Assembly (NCBI GenBank): GCA_951406725.2
Contig: OX597832.1
Span: forward strand, 37,448,001-37,512,000
Direction: 5' to 3'
Origin: Octopus vulgaris
Lineage: Eukaryota
DNA: 64,000 nt
Numbering within the stretch: position 1 is the first letter of the stretch; each line of letters starts with the position of its first letter. The notes under the pieces are model-generated. The model had not been told where the DNA came from and did not search any database. It worked only from the letters and a program-made list of their open reading frames with translations. Below, in pieces: positions 40,963 to 55,146 of this stretch. The position numbers were made by a program, and so were the translations under genes.

Positions 40963-41332
40963 GATTTCGTTTCTGGATTTGGTTTGTAAGGTATTATGCC
41001 CGCCAACGTTTCGTTTTTATTTTTATTTTTTTTACTCTCTCTATTCTTTTCTAAACTGCTATCTCCTTTCTTAATTAACATATTCCTATAAATCTTAGAT
41101 GCAAGCTTGGTGCACAAATCCCAGTTTTAAATGTTAACTGCACCTAAAGAACTGAATACACTGTAATATTACCAGAGTGAAGAGAATGGTGACAGAGTGG
41201 CAGAATGGTGACAGTGTGCCGCGTAGAATTTACTCCAGTGTTTATTGCATGAACTTTTATTTTGGATTTAAACTGCATCTGCATAGATTTTGCTTTTCTT
41301 CCAACGAAGTTTGATTAATCACATAGAATATT

Positions 41333-41740
41333 CTTTTCTATTCTAGGAACAAGGCCCGAAATTTGGTGGGTGGGAGCCAGTTGATTAGATCAACCCCAAT
41401 ACGAAACTAGTACTTAATTTATCGACCCCGAAAGGATGAAAGGCAAAGTCGGCCTCGGCGGAATTTGAACTGAGAACGTAAAGGCTAGCGAAATACCTGT
41501 TTCTATTTCTTTACTACCCTCAAGGGGCTAAACACAGAGAGGACAAACAAGGACAGACAAACGGATTAAGTCGATTATATCGACCCCAGTGCGTAGCTGG
41601 TACTATTTAATCGACCCCGAAAGGAAAAAAGGCAAAGTCGACCGCGGCGAAATTTGAACTCAGAACGTAACAGCAGACGAAATACGGCTACGCATTTCGC
41701 CCGGCGTGCTGACGATTCTGCCAGCTCGCCGCCTTATATT
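41333..41740 (-). mobile_element. Dimeric family C SINE with a 12-bp target-site duplication
   Basis: Two tandem C bodies with one tRNA head (ending near 41733). ACATAGAATATT occurs at 41321-41332 and 41741-41752. Confidence 0.9.
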
Positions 41741-41856
41741 ACATAGAATATTACTCTGGGAACTGTCTCAAGCTTATATTCTTTTATTTGTTCCAGTCAT
41801 TTGATTGAGGCCATCAATAAGTTAGAAATGTTAACTATAACTAATAATCAACATTA

Positions 41857-42062
41857 TTATAGGCACAAGACCTGAAATTTCTAGGGAGGGGGTAAATCGA
41901 TTACATCGATCCCAGTTCATAACTGGTACTTAATTTATCGACCCCGAAAGGATTAAAGGCAAAGTCGACCTCGGCGTAATTTGAACTCAGAACGTAAAGA
42001 CGGACGAAATGCCGCTAAGCATTTTGCTCGGCGTGCTAACGATTCTGCCAGCTCACCGTCCT
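41857..42062 (-). mobile_element. Monomeric family C SINE with a 12-bp TSD
   Basis: TAATCAACATTA occurs at 41845-41856 and 42063-42074. Confidence 0.9.
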
Positions 42063-42082
42063 TAATCAACATTAATAATAAT

Positions 42083-42290
42083 CTTTTCTACTCTAGGCAC
42101 AAGGCTAGAAATTTTGGGGGAGGGGCCTAGTCAGTTAGATTGACTCCAGTACGCAACTGGTACTTAATTTATCGACCTCGTAAGGATGAGAGGCAAAGTC
42201 GACCTCGGCGGAATTTGAACTGAGAACGTAAAGGCTGGTGAAATAACTATTTCTATTTCTTTACTACCCACAAGGGGCTAAAAAAGAAAA
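42083..42290 (-). mobile_element. 5'-truncated dimeric family C SINE
   Basis: Has the same right monomer and dimer junction as 41333-41530. Confidence 0.8.
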
Positions 42291-42435
42291 CAACAAACAA
42301 AGATATGTATTGTGACAGAGGCAGTATTAGTACGAGGCGCAATATTTATCTCCACTTCAACGTGGATGTTCCGTTTGAACAAATTATACTGCGGTAGATA
42401 TCATGAGAGAAATTCTCATATTGGCTTTTGGTACA

Positions 42436-42550
42436 TGGAGCTTTAGGTGTTTTCGCCCAATAAACACACACAACGCCCGGTCTGAGAATCGAAACCGCGA
42501 TCCTACGACCGCGAGTCCGCTGCCCTAACCGCTGCGCCATTGTGCCTCCA
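42436..42550 (-). mobile_element. tRNA-derived SINE, family D (5' head)
   Basis: Minus strand reads TGGAGGCACAATGGCGCAGCGGTTAGGGCAGCGGACTCGCGGTCGTAGGATCGCGGTTTCGATTCTC. It overlaps in sequence with 59987-60256. Confidence 0.8.
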
Positions 42551-43049
42551 CGTTTATATATATATATTAGCAACAGAAATTAATAGCTTTCTCCACTTAA
42601 ACGTGGACGTTCTGCTAGAACAAACTATACTGCTGTAAATATCATGAGAGAAACTCTGATACAGGGTTTTCAGAAACATGGGAGATGATTGAGAATGAAA
42701 AATAGAAAAGGGTTGGGAAAAACGAGATTAATTAAGAATTATGGAAAGAAAAGAGGGGATTAAGTAGAAAAAAAAAATTCTTTCTGCTCGTTTAAGAAAA
42801 GAGCAGAATTAATTGTTCATCTACCGAAATAATAAAGACAAATATTTCAAAAAGCATGCACGCGGTTTCTTTAATGAAAAATTCCAGAGAAGTCTTGTAA
42901 AAATGTATTCCCAATTCAAAAAAGCACAGCCGGTTCCTTTCATATCATTTAGTGATTCTTTAGAATGGAAAAATGTAAATCTAAATAGTTTGCCATTATT
43001 AACAGTGGTTCGTAAAATATAAAACGTTACCAAAGGGCATTTTCAAACC

Positions 43050-44100
43050 ACTTCTGTGATAATGGTGTAATGACAATGGTGTTTGTAATTCTGGTAGGAG
43101 TGGTGAAACGGTTATGGTGGTGGCGGGCTGGTAGCACTCGTGTTGGTAATCGCCGTCGTCATGGTGATGGACAGACTCGTGACGATGGTGGTGGTCGTGG
43201 TGGTAAGGATGCGCTAATGACGGTAGTGGTGGTTACAGCAGTACATGTGTCGATAAAAGTGATAGTTGATGTAAATGGCGGTTGCAGAGGTAATGGTGGT
43301 TGTGGAGGTGATGATACTGCTGGTGGTGGCGGTGGTTGTGGTAGCGGTGGTGGTAGTAGTTGTGATACTGGTATTGAACAGAGTTGTAGTGGTATTAGTA
43401 ATGGTGATAGTTGTGGTGCTGCTGCTTGTTGTGATAGTGTTGTGCCAATGGTGACGGGTGACGCAGGCGATAGTTTGCTGGGATCATGGCTGAGGGGATT
43501 CGTGGCGGAGGAAATGGTGGCTGTTACAGAGACGATGGCTGCACATATGATGGTGGGTGTTGGTGGTGACTGTTACGAGTGTGTGGATTGTGGGTGGTAG
43601 AAGTGCTTACAGTAGGGGTTGCAGTAGTAGTAGCGGTAGAGATTGCTGTGGTGATGGTGGTAGTGGTAGTGGTGGAAGTGGTAGTGGTCGTCGTGTTGGT
43701 GGTGATGATGGTGTTTGTGACATCATGGCTGGTATTGGTTTCTCAGTCTACATTGCTTCTGTTGCTTCTGTTGCAGTTGATGATGGGGAGGATAAGATGG
43801 AGGAAAAGGAGAAGGGGGCAGGAGGAGGAGGAGAAAGAGAAGGAGGAGATGAAGAAAGTTAATGAGGGTGTTAGGGGTAGTGGGGATTATGAGGATAAGG
43901 ACGATAAGTTTGTAGGTGTGGTGGTGTTGTATGTTTGTATTAGTGTTGGTGCTAGTAGTGGTGGTGGTGATGGTGATGACGGACGACGATAACGATGATG
44001 ACGACCACGACGATGACGGCGACTACGACAACGACGACGATACTAATTACGACGATGACGAACATGATGATAATGCTGATAGAGATAATGACGATTTTAA
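43050..44100. repeat. Degenerate (GGT)n/(GAT)n/(GAC)n low-complexity tract
   Basis: Read directly from the sequence. Confidence 0.85.
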
Positions 44101-44862
44101 CTGTGGTTTCATTTTTGTTTTTAATTTCTTCTTTTCTTTACTGTGAATGCAATGAAAGTGGATGAGAAAGAGTCAGTATCCAGAAGAAGTTAAGCATCAT
44201 TTCGATGCGTTCAATGGAAGTTTCCAAGAATGTGAACGACGAAGGGAAAGAGGAAGGAAGAAGGACTCTTCACCGAAGATATTTTTCAGTCACAACATTA
44301 AACTGTTTTACTAATTGCCCCAAGGAAACTGTAAACACCTGAACTCCCTGTTCCATTCATGCCGAAATGATACGGAAATACACGAGCATGGCAAGACAGC
44401 TGAACACACACACACACTTATATTGCATACATATACACACACAGACACACACAAACACTTACATACACGCAGGTTCACTCTCTCTTTCTCTTTCTCTCCA
44501 TCTCTTTCTCTTTCACACACACACACACACAGAAAAAATACGAACACCTACCGCGGGGGATATAAGAATGTTTACATTCATATTTCATTTACGATGTGGA
44601 GACGTGGATAAGTAATAATGAAATTTACTTCAGATTTTCTTACGCTGCCTTGTTTATAATGTGTATATGTGTGTGTGTGTGTGTGTATGTGTGTGTGTAT
44701 GTGTGTGTATGTGTGTGTGTGTATGTGTGTATGTGTGTGTGTGCATATATATATATAGACCTATGCAGATATATATATATGTATATACATATGCATGTGT
44801 GTATATATATATACACAGATATATACATACATAGATATATATACATCATGCATATACATAAA

Positions 44863-44914
<52 letters not shown>

Positions 44915-45239
44915 TCATTTATGTATGTGTATGTGTGTGTGAGTAAATTTGTATTTGTCGCCGCCATTTGGCAATCATTGTTGAATTGTTTATGTCCCAG
45001 TGATGTAGCAGTTCGGCAAAAGAGTATCATAAAATAAGTACTACACTTCAAATAAAAGCAAGAAAAAAGTACAGAGATCGATTTGTTCGTCTAAACCTCG
45101 TCAAAGCGGTGTCCCAGCATGTCCGCTGCCCATTGACTGAAACAAATAAAAAAGCATGATGAAGGACATGCAAGGAAGATGGAGAATGCGTGCAATAAGA
45201 AAACGGTTTTTTTGAAGGAGAAATTTAATGGTAGCAAAT

Positions 45240-45440
45240 TTTAGCACAAGGCCAATAATGTCGTGGGGAGGGCGTAAGTCGATTACATCGAGTCCAGTCT
45301 TCGACTAGTACTTGTTTTATCGACTCTGAAAGTGTGATAGGCAATGTTGGCCTCGGTAGAATTTGAACTCAGAGCGTGAGACGGACGAAATGCCGCTAAG
45401 CATTTTGTTCGACATGTTAACGATTCCACCAGCTCGCTAC
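45240..45440 (-). mobile_element. SINE family C
   Basis: Colinear with 41857-42062. Confidence 0.8.
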
Positions 45441-45544
45441 CTTCATGTGTGTGCATGTGTGCGGGTGTGTGTGTATGTGCGTGCGCGTGTGTACATATAT
45501 ATATATATATACATACGTATATGTATTTATATATATATACAGGC

Positions 45545-45638
<94 letters not shown>

Positions 45639-45954
45639 TATTAAATCTCAGGGAATAATTAATAAGTATTCCAGGGTATCAGGACATTTACAATTTTACA
45701 CTTTACTAATGCAATGTAAACAGTATCATTTACAATATTATTACAAATTTTTGGATTTTGCCAATAGAACCGCAACTCCTATTTTAGGATAACCTTATTG
45801 TATGGAATACACATAGAAAGTTATATCCAATAAAATAATATAAGTATTTTAAAAAATCTACTATAAAATACAATAAAATTTAAAAAAATATTTGAATAAA
45901 TCTATATAACTTACCTGTTATTAGTCTGTGGGGAAAGAAGATATTTTTAATCAA

Positions 45955-46034
45955 CGCTACACGTGTTTCTGCGCTGGTGGGGAATTTATAAAGGCTATAT
46001 CTAATACATAAATCCACCAGTGCGTCCTCAGGTA
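45955..46034 (-). ncRNA. Hammerhead motif with extended stem II (stem I degenerate)
   Basis: CTGAGGA-CGCACTGGTGG-ATTTAT[..]ATAAAT-TCC-CCACCAGCGCA-GAAAC-ACGT-GTA, with the palindrome ACACGTGT. Confidence 0.65.
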
Positions 46035-46907
46035 AATTTTTCTTTTTGTTATTATTATTAACGGATCAAAGTTAAAAATACATATCATAAGTCATATTAA
46101 ACAGAAAAATAAAAATATGAATACAAATATGATAAAAGAAAAACATAAAAAAATATATAAATTACAAATATATTTCTTGAAAAATTAAAAAATTAAATAT
46201 ATTTAAACACCCAAAATTACAATACCGATATATATAGAAAATGCTAAACCTAAGGAAACCCTCAACGACTATATTATAAACACGTCAACTCCAACAACCT
46301 ATCTATATAAACATTACGGGAATTAATATTTTAGTGTAAGATTTACCCCTATCTATACAAGTATAAATTTCCATTTTTTATGTCAAACGTAAGTTAATAG
46401 TATTTTACTAGTATTTAAAAAAGGTTATTTAGCAAAAATTACTATATACGTTATAAATTTATGGAATAAAACTATTCAATAATTTGTTGACTTTATTAAA
46501 TTTTTTACTGTTTCTTTGTATAACAGTACTTACTCGATTAGTAAATATTGCTCTGATTTTTTTTATCACAGTCATAGTCTGTCTCTTTTAAACAAACATC
46601 ACGGTAGTCCAACAACAGAGGGAGAAGCAATTTGTCAAGTTTTACCTTCCCCTCAAAGCAACAGGGAGATTACAATTCTGCAGTCCATGTGTAAGCTTTG
46701 CAATGTGTGTTTGTGTGTGAGAGAGAACATTGCAAACAATGAAATAAACATGAAATCTTCCAGATTATCTCCATCATAGAGATAACCTGGAAGATGTGTA
46801 TTCATCCAATACAATTGAAGAAATAGACATAATTGAATGTTTACCGGCTGATGTCTGTCGATTTTGTATCCTCTCCGTTTTCTTACTTGTCGTATATATA
46901 TATATTC

Positions 46908-46946
<39 letters not shown>

Positions 46947-47212
46947 TATGTGTGTCCATCCATCAATCCATACATAGATGCATACGTACATACATACATA
47001 CGTATGGTAATCTGAACCTGAATGAGACGGGCTTCCGTTAGAGGCCCGCGAAACTTTAGGTTGCTTGGAGCCGAATCAAAATGTTTTAAAAAATAATGCA
47101 TACATACATAGATACACACACACACACACACACATACACACACACACACATATATATATATATACATAAATACATGAATACATATATATATATACACACA
47201 TACATACATACA

Positions 47213-47248
<36 letters not shown>

Positions 47249-47964
47249 CATACACATATATGAATATATATGTATTCATGCTTAGGTGTGCATGTATGTA
47301 TGTGTGTATGTATATATGTGTATGTGTGTGTATGTTGGTATATACGTATTACATGAACATACATATGTGCATGCACATATGTACGTATTTTATATATACA
47401 TATATATATATATATACACACACAGACATCACGCACACACACTCACACAGTTAGAGAGACAGAAAGAGAGAGGGAGATAGATCAGTGTGTGTGTTAGTTT
47501 GCATATATGTACGTAAGTACGCGCGTTTGTCAGCACATAGCTGAGGTCATTCCGAGTCAATCTTTACCAATTATATACGGACCGGTAGAATTTGTTCATC
47601 AGACACAAGGTTACCTAATTAACAAGCGACACTTACCTAATTCCATCCCCGAAAAAATTAGTTCCTTTTCAAAACTCTCATATCTCAGTATTGTTCGCAA
47701 TAGGTCTAAAATAGCAACATTTTGGCACTGAATAAATGCGATCAGACAGAAGGCACCCCAAATTAGTGTTACGATTCTGATTGCTTAAAATAAAGTGCCG
47801 AAGGGCAATCGAAAAACTCTAATGAAAACAATTGAATATCAAGTTAGGGAGGAGAGTGTATGTGAGGGTATATGTATGTGTGTGCGTGATAAGAGGCTGA
47901 TAAGAGCACTAAGCAAATACAAATATGTACGAATATATACATATATATACATACATACATATAT

Positions 47965-48050
<86 letters not shown>

Positions 48051-48056
48051 GTACAC

Positions 48057-48098
<42 letters not shown>

Positions 48099-48365
48099 TT
48101 ATATCAATCAATAATATGTATACATATACGTATATTACATCGGTTGAATGTTGAAAATTAATAGACGTATATTAGACGAGAGGGGCGTGCGTGTTAGCGT
48201 ATGTACATTTATGAATATACACACTTACACACATACACGCACACACAGACCATATATGATATTTATGTATATGTATTCCTGTATATGTACATATGTATAT
48301 ATGTCTTGCATGTATATGCATATATACGTATACGTATATATATATATATATATATATATACACCC

Positions 48366-48397
<32 letters not shown>

Positions 48398-48398
48398 C

Positions 48399-48429
<31 letters not shown>

Positions 48430-48849
48430 GGGTATATATATAGGCGTACATATGTACATACGCGCGCGTGTTCTTTGCGATAAACATATGCCGAACATTT
48501 TCGAATAGGTTCCTAATTTTAGGAGAAATAATTTCACGTATAATAAACAAAATAAGAAGAATATATACGTATATGTCTGTGTGTATGTAAGTGCGTGCAT
48601 TTCCGTGCATGTGTTTATGCATATTTCTGTGTATGTCTGTGTGTTTGCGCAACCGAATCCCTGAGAGAGAGAGAGAGAGAGAGAGAAAGTGTGTGTGTGT
48701 GCGTGTGTGCGTGCGTGTGTATGGGCTTGCATATAATATAGGATTGCGGTTATATTCCGTTACTCCTCAAATTTTCACGTAAAGCGGTTGATCGCGTAGC
48801 CGTTTATGCTACATAAATCACAATATTTATGGTGGAAAATGCGTTTCTT

Positions 48850-48979
48850 CTTTTCTTCTTTTACTTGTTTCAGTCATTTTAAGCCGGCCATGCTGGAGCA
48901 CAGCCTTGAAAACAAACATGAACACAAACACATACATACACACATATATAGACATACATGCACTATCTATATCTGTCTG

Positions 48980-49030
<51 letters not shown>

Positions 49031-49051
49031 CTCTCTCTCTCTCTCTATCTA

Positions 49052-49093
<42 letters not shown>

Positions 49094-49240
49094 AAATGGC
49101 TTTTACAGTTGCCATCAACAAAATCCACTCACAAGGCTTTGGGTGACCACAGCTATAGTAGAAGCCACTTGACCAAGGATTGAACCTGGCACTATGTAGT
49201 TGGGAGACAAGTTTCAAACCACACTACCACGCCTGCGTCT
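48850..49240 (-). mobile_element. SINE family B, internally deleted and microsatellite-expanded
   Basis: Has the TTTTACTTGTTTCAGTCATT tail and the AAATCCACTCACAAGGCTTTGG head blocks. Confidence 0.75.
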
Positions 49241-49289
49241 ATGACTGAAACAAGTAAAACAATAAAAGAATATATATATGCTAAGGTGC

Positions 49290-50416
49290 GAAAGATATTG
49301 GGGACAGATTCATGTTTATAAAAAATAAAAACAGATATATAATGACCGATAATAATTTTATTTATCAAAAAATGCTTTGAGGATAAAAATAAATCTTCTT
49401 TTCTATAATTTTATTCAATAAAACCACCTTCAGCTTCAACGACTGCTTCTATATGAGATCTAAATCATCTTTATGCTCGAATAAAGTGGTCCTGGGTCAT
49501 TTTGGACATTACTCTGACTATCGCAGCTTTCATAGCATCTCAACAACGCCCCACATTTCCTAGCCCAATGGATTAAAACTTGGGGAATTAGGAAGCCAAA
49601 TGTTAGGGGTTATTTGATCATGAACATTTTCAGCCATCCATTACTGTGTTACTAGAGTCATGTGTGAATGTGCAGAGTCTTACTGAAACACATATGGCCT
49701 TCCATTGCATACACTGTCTATCCAGGGCTTAACAATTATTTCCAGGACCCCAATGTAGGCGGCAGAGTGGAAAGAAGTAAGGAGGTATTCCATGTCCTTC
49801 GTTGCTGACAAACCCTAAAACCATGACAGTTGCAGGAAATTTTGTATACATAACACTTGAAACTTCTGAAGGGTCTGCACATAATTATCCATAATTTCTT
49901 CTGTTAACTTTTTGATTTTGGTCGGAGATTTTCTCATTTGAGAAAAACCAAATCAAATCTTCTGATGGTTTTTTCAGTTTGTTTAAGAGTCCTTTAGATC
50001 TGATGTAGTGATTTTCTTTTGCTTTTCCTGATAAAATGACCTTTCCTCATCATACAAGACATATCTGATGTCTTCGTGGACAATATTTCTAACTGTTCCT
50101 TCTGACACATGGAGATCTTTTGCAACTGACCTCATGGATTGTAATCAATGGTCTGTTGAACTTGCTGGATAAATTCAGGTGTTCTGATGATTTCAGAGTG
50201 TTTAGAATGCTATTTATGCTTTGATACTGGTGATACGTTTCCATCTTCAGTCTCTAGCTCCTTACAAACTTTGTAGACGAAAGATCTGGCAACTTTTAAA
50301 AATGGAGATATTTCTAAATCGCTATGCTCAGCCTTTATAACCACAATAATTTTTTGAGTAAGCTGACGATCTACCTTTATTATTTTCTGAAACAAAAGAT
50401 TATACAGAGTTAGCAA
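49290..50416 (-). pseudogene. Tc1/mariner-superfamily (probably maT/DD37D-like) transposase remnant
   Basis: Minus frames give an HTH-like EISPFLKVARSFVYKV, then WFFSNEK, TKFPATVMVLGFVSNEG, RPYVFQ*DSAHSH, WLPNSPSFNPL and IEAVVEAEGGFIE*. Confidence 0.85.
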
Positions 50417-50429
50417 AAGGCTTTTTTCC

Positions 50430-51112
50430 CTCCCTACAATCTGGAAAAGGGAACGAAACGTGACTGTATCTTTATGATCCGGTATAGGAGACTCGGTCCA
50501 CGGAGTGACGCCGCTCCACCCCTCTTCTCAAAAACCTAAGAATTTCAATAGCCAGCGATCGGCACCGAAAGTTATGGTGGCTGTTTTACTAGGTAACAAG
50601 GGCATCATTTCGCTTGAGTATTTAGAATGTGGATATGTCCTGAACAGCGAGAGGTTTGCTGAAAACCTCAAAAAGCTTAGAGAAGCTATGAGGTAGAACA
50701 TGACGGAACACAAATATGAAAATGATTCCCCTTCACTTTGAAAGTGCGTGACTACACACATCTTCGGCAACAAATTAAGCAACAGCAAATTGGCTGGTCA
50801 GTAGCCTACCCCGTTCCTCATATAGCCTGAATCCAGTGCCCTCCAACTTTCATATGTTCGGTCGAATGAAAGACGGGTTTGAATTACATTGACAAGGTGA
50901 AAGTGACTGTGAAGAAACAGGTACAACGGTGCACATCTGAATTTTCTCAAAGATGATTTAATAGTTAGGTTCAAAGATGGCGCAAATGTATCGCTTGTAA
51001 TGAAGATTATCTTGAATAGTATCTTCGAAAGGAAGTTACTCTCCATGCATCTGCAATTTGAACAGCATACGTTAATGGAAAAACTTAAGTCTACTTTCGA
51101 GACAACCCTCGT
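50430..51112 (+). pseudogene. mariner (DD34D-type) transposase 3' fragment
   Basis: Reads SAPKVMVAV...GIISLEYLECGYVLNSERF and SYSLNPVPSNFHMFG (YSPDLAPSDF-like). It ends in the TIR-like ACTTTCGAGACAACCCTCGT. Confidence 0.8.
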
Positions 51113-51134
51113 GTGTATGTGACTGTGACTTTGT

Positions 51135-51174
<40 letters not shown>

Positions 51175-51175
51175 A

Positions 51176-51207
<32 letters not shown>

Positions 51208-52119
51208 CAATCATATACGCATAAGTACGCATACATTCATGCATGTATTACATGAGAATCTGTAAAGAAAACGAGTGGGAAGTAAACATTATCATAAGTA
51301 CATAAATATTACACTAAATACACTTGAGTAAAATGTCATTAATTTCGAAGGATGTGACCCCGTCTTTATATCGATTGAATTGACTTAACGAACAAAGCCA
51401 TAACTTAAACGTACGTATATACGTATGAAGGCGAAATGATCTGCTTCACCACGGACCATAAAAAACACTCGCTGTATATACACCAACAGATGTTTATATA
51501 CATATACATACATATATACATCCATACTTATATGCATTCATATATATGTGTGTGTGTGTGCTTTTGTGTTACGGCGTACGTTAGTAATGATGGCATGTAA
51601 AGGGCGGGAGGAAACGAATGGCTGCGTTGGCGACAACTTACAATAATATCATAGCGTTTATGAAGCGGAGCATGAAGTCATTTCGATGTCAATAGGTGTG
51701 TAATGAGATTCAGAAGGTTGGGCGTGGCCTTAGGTGTAAACAGGTTTGATCTATCTATCTATTGTGTACAATTTATATACAATACTTTGTGTTGATTTTT
51801 ACGATCTGATACTTGAATGAAAACAGATTTTATGGCAGGGTCGTAAAGATGAAATAATCTGTTGTACTGGTTTACATTTAAATCAAAGATCAAATAGTTT
51901 TAATAATATTAATGCCCATAATCATTATATTTATGAGCTTACGAGCACGGATATATGTATAGATATGCGTGTGTGTGTGTATTTGGTATTTGTGCGTGTG
52001 TGTTATGTATACGTACATACATATATATATGTGTGTGTGTGCGTGTATATATATGTATATATATAAGTATATATGTATATACATATATGTACATATATTT
52101 ATATATGTATATACATATA

Positions 52120-52182
<63 letters not shown>

Positions 52183-52252
52183 ATGTATATATATGCATAT
52201 ATTCATATGCATATATATATATATATGTGTGTGTTTAGTGAAAGGGAACGCA

Positions 52253-52292
<40 letters not shown>

Positions 52293-52602
52293 AACACATA
52301 TATGCGTATATTCACACATAATGAATAAAGGTGAACGTATTGAGGTAAATATCTTATTGCATTTTCTTTTTTCTTTTATTCGTTTTCTTCTTTTTTTTAT
52401 TACTCTACATTAAGTGTTGAATACTCTGTAATGCATGTTGTTTATTTGTACATATGTACAATAATTCTATTGTATGAATTTGTGTGTGTATGTATGTGTG
52501 TAATAATAATGCGTACTATAAATACTGACAAACGTATATTTTCTGTCGTTATACACACGTATTCATACTGACGCATGCAAACACCCTCCCACACACACAA
52601 AC

Positions 52603-52896
52603 CAGTGGTTCCCAACCGTTTTCTACCTATGGACCCCCTTGATTACTATTTTATTCTGGTGGGTCCCACTAGCCATTCGATATCTAAGAACTAGTTTTAT
52701 AGATACTTCCTTCGAAGTTCCTATCTTGCTTTTCACACATTCAGTTGTGTAAGTTGTATTATGTAAAACGTTAGAGAAAGAAACCTAAAGCGAAACTATT
52801 TTACGGACCCTTAAAATGATACTAAGGATTCTCAGTTTGCTATTTTGCTTGCGTGGACCCACCAAAATCTTATATGGACCCTGGTGAGAACCATTG
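52603..52896. mobile_element. hAT/Charlie-like MITE
   Basis: Imperfect TIRs CAGTGGTTCCCAACC ... GGTGAGAACCATTG, with repeated internal GGACCC motifs. Confidence 0.65.
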
Positions 52897-53129
52897 ATCT
52901 ACATCAACGTTTCCACGGATGAACAGTCACTTCGCGGATTGTTAGAAACCCTACCGAGTATTGGACATTAATGTTGGAGATCGATTGTGGACCGAACAAT
53001 ACATACCGACCGGCTTGGGGAAACTATTGCACCGTTAGACATTGTCATTAAGTGGGAAGTGAATCATAAGCACACGACGTTGCTGCTTTATGATAGATTA
53101 TCTGAAGTTTATGGAAACTGCCGACAATA

Positions 53130-54052
53130 AACATTGGCGAGTAAATTATTTGCTCTTAAAAACGGACTGCAGGCAGTAAATGAACAAACAATAGCGTTCT
53201 TTAGAAAAATACCATCGATGCAAGTTAGCAATAAATCTACAAGCAGTGGAATCAGCGTGAATGACCACACCTTCAAAAAGGTTGCGGAAGACCCTATCCT
53301 TGATGATCTCGAGTCGTTTTGGGGGAGGGATCTGGGATGTAAACGAAAAACACAACCGTGGTATAGAGTGGCTAGAGAATACCAACAACATTAGCAAGAA
53401 TTGCAACTTTATCTGGACCTGCGATCAAGACATCATATTTCCCCTGGAAGGTTATGACTTTTCTGTCCAAGAACAGGAGATAACTTCTAAATAAACGATA
53501 GCAACTAAATACTTGATCAACGAAAGAAACACTGATCTTCTAAACGTCTGTGTTCACAAGATGCTACTTTTTCATGCGACATTGCATTGCCGGTAAGACG
53601 GTTAGCAACGCCATGGCAAAGACACATCAGAACCAGAAAATATCAACTTTTAAAAATAAAGAATACTGGCGGAACATTCCAATAAAACAGCCACCCAGTT
53701 AGTATAAGTGCGTCAGGCCAGATATAGTTGCATGCGACAGAGATAGAGAAATCGAGTACCGTTCTAGATCAGTTGCACAGCAGATGTGAAAGTCTCTTTA
53801 AAATTTTGGAAAAAGGAGAACATTTGCTGAGGGCTGATGAGAAAACTCTACAGCTTGAAAATCCAGTCAATGATTATCATTGGTGTACTGGGCTACGTAA
53901 CAACAGATCTGCATATAAACCCAGAAATAAACGCAGAAATATTTGGGTTCTCAAAAACCGAACAGCACAAACTGATTCGAATTCTCCACCATGAATTAGC
54001 AGACCAAAGAAAAAATTTTAAACTTTTCAATGAGTCTTTCTTTAAGGTCTCT
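53130..54052 (+). pseudogene. RLE-type non-LTR retrotransposon remnant (R4/Dong-like), RT core deleted
   Basis: Across frames it reads FWG/GIWDVNEKHNRGIEWL, EGYDFSVQEQEITSK, YWRNIPIK, RPDIVA and MIIIGVLGYV. Confidence 0.65.
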
Positions 54053-54335
54053 TAGTAGACATAAGCACACAATCACATACACATATGGTATACATATGCA
54101 TGTACATACATAAAAAATAATGAGATTCATACACGCGTACTGTGTCATGATACACATACAGGTGCAAGTTTATTTACACGAACAGGTATACACGCAACAT
54201 GCACGCGAACATGCACACCTCAAACAGTGATGTAGCGACGAATTTCCAGAGTTGTCCTGACTTAAACAAAAAAGCCTTCTCTGCAAAAGAAATTCTGCAA
54301 AGGAAAAAGAACTTGAAATAATCCGAAACACACAC

Positions 54336-54415
<80 letters not shown>

Positions 54416-54416
54416 G

Positions 54417-54465
<49 letters not shown>

Positions 54466-54516
54466 GTACCTGTTATTCTTTGGACTGTGTTTGTGTGTAT
54501 GTATATATGTATGTAT

Positions 54517-54548
<32 letters not shown>

Positions 54549-54552
54549 TTTT

Positions 54553-54808
54553 TTTGTTTCAGTCATTTGACTGCGGCCATGCTGGAGCACCACCTTTTCG
54601 TCGAGCAAACCGATCCCAGGACTTATTCTTTGTAAGCCTAGTACTTATTTTATCGGTCTCTTTTTCCGAACCGCTAAGTTACGGGGACGTAAACACACCA
54701 GCATCGGTTGTCAAGCGATGTAGGGGGACAAACTCAGACACACAAACATACACACACACACACACTAATACACACACTCAAACAAACATACGCACACACA
54801 CACACACT

Positions 54809-54840
<32 letters not shown>

Positions 54841-54955
54841 CATCTACATATATACGACGGCTTCTTTCAGTTTCCGTCTACCAAATCCACTCGCAAGTCT
54901 TTGGTCGGCCTGAGGCTATAGTAGAAGACATTTGCCTAACGTCCCACGCAGTGGG
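54553..54955 (-). mobile_element. SINE family B (5'-truncated)
   Basis: Close match to 33337-33733. Confidence 0.85.
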
Positions 54956-55055
54956 TGTCTCTGTATGTGTGTATGTATGTTTATTATGCAAAGTATACAC
55001 CGTGCATAATTTTATGTTTGTATGTTTAAGTGCATAATACGCATGAATAAACAAT

Positions 55056-55146
<91 letters not shown>

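Noticed and set aside
41333-42290. CRISPR-like or tandem-array appearance of repeated blocks
   Set aside because: The context is eukaryotic and the units are SINE copies with individual TSDs, not repeat-spacer units.
43070-44146. Gly/Val/Asp-rich ORFs of 76-176 aa
   Set aside because: A degenerate (GGT)/(GAT) tract with overlapping open frames and no domain or splice support.
44160-44400. Possible minus-strand exon after a TTCAG acceptor at about 44400
   Set aside because: The donor is weak (GTGTTT), the frames close quickly and I recognise no product.
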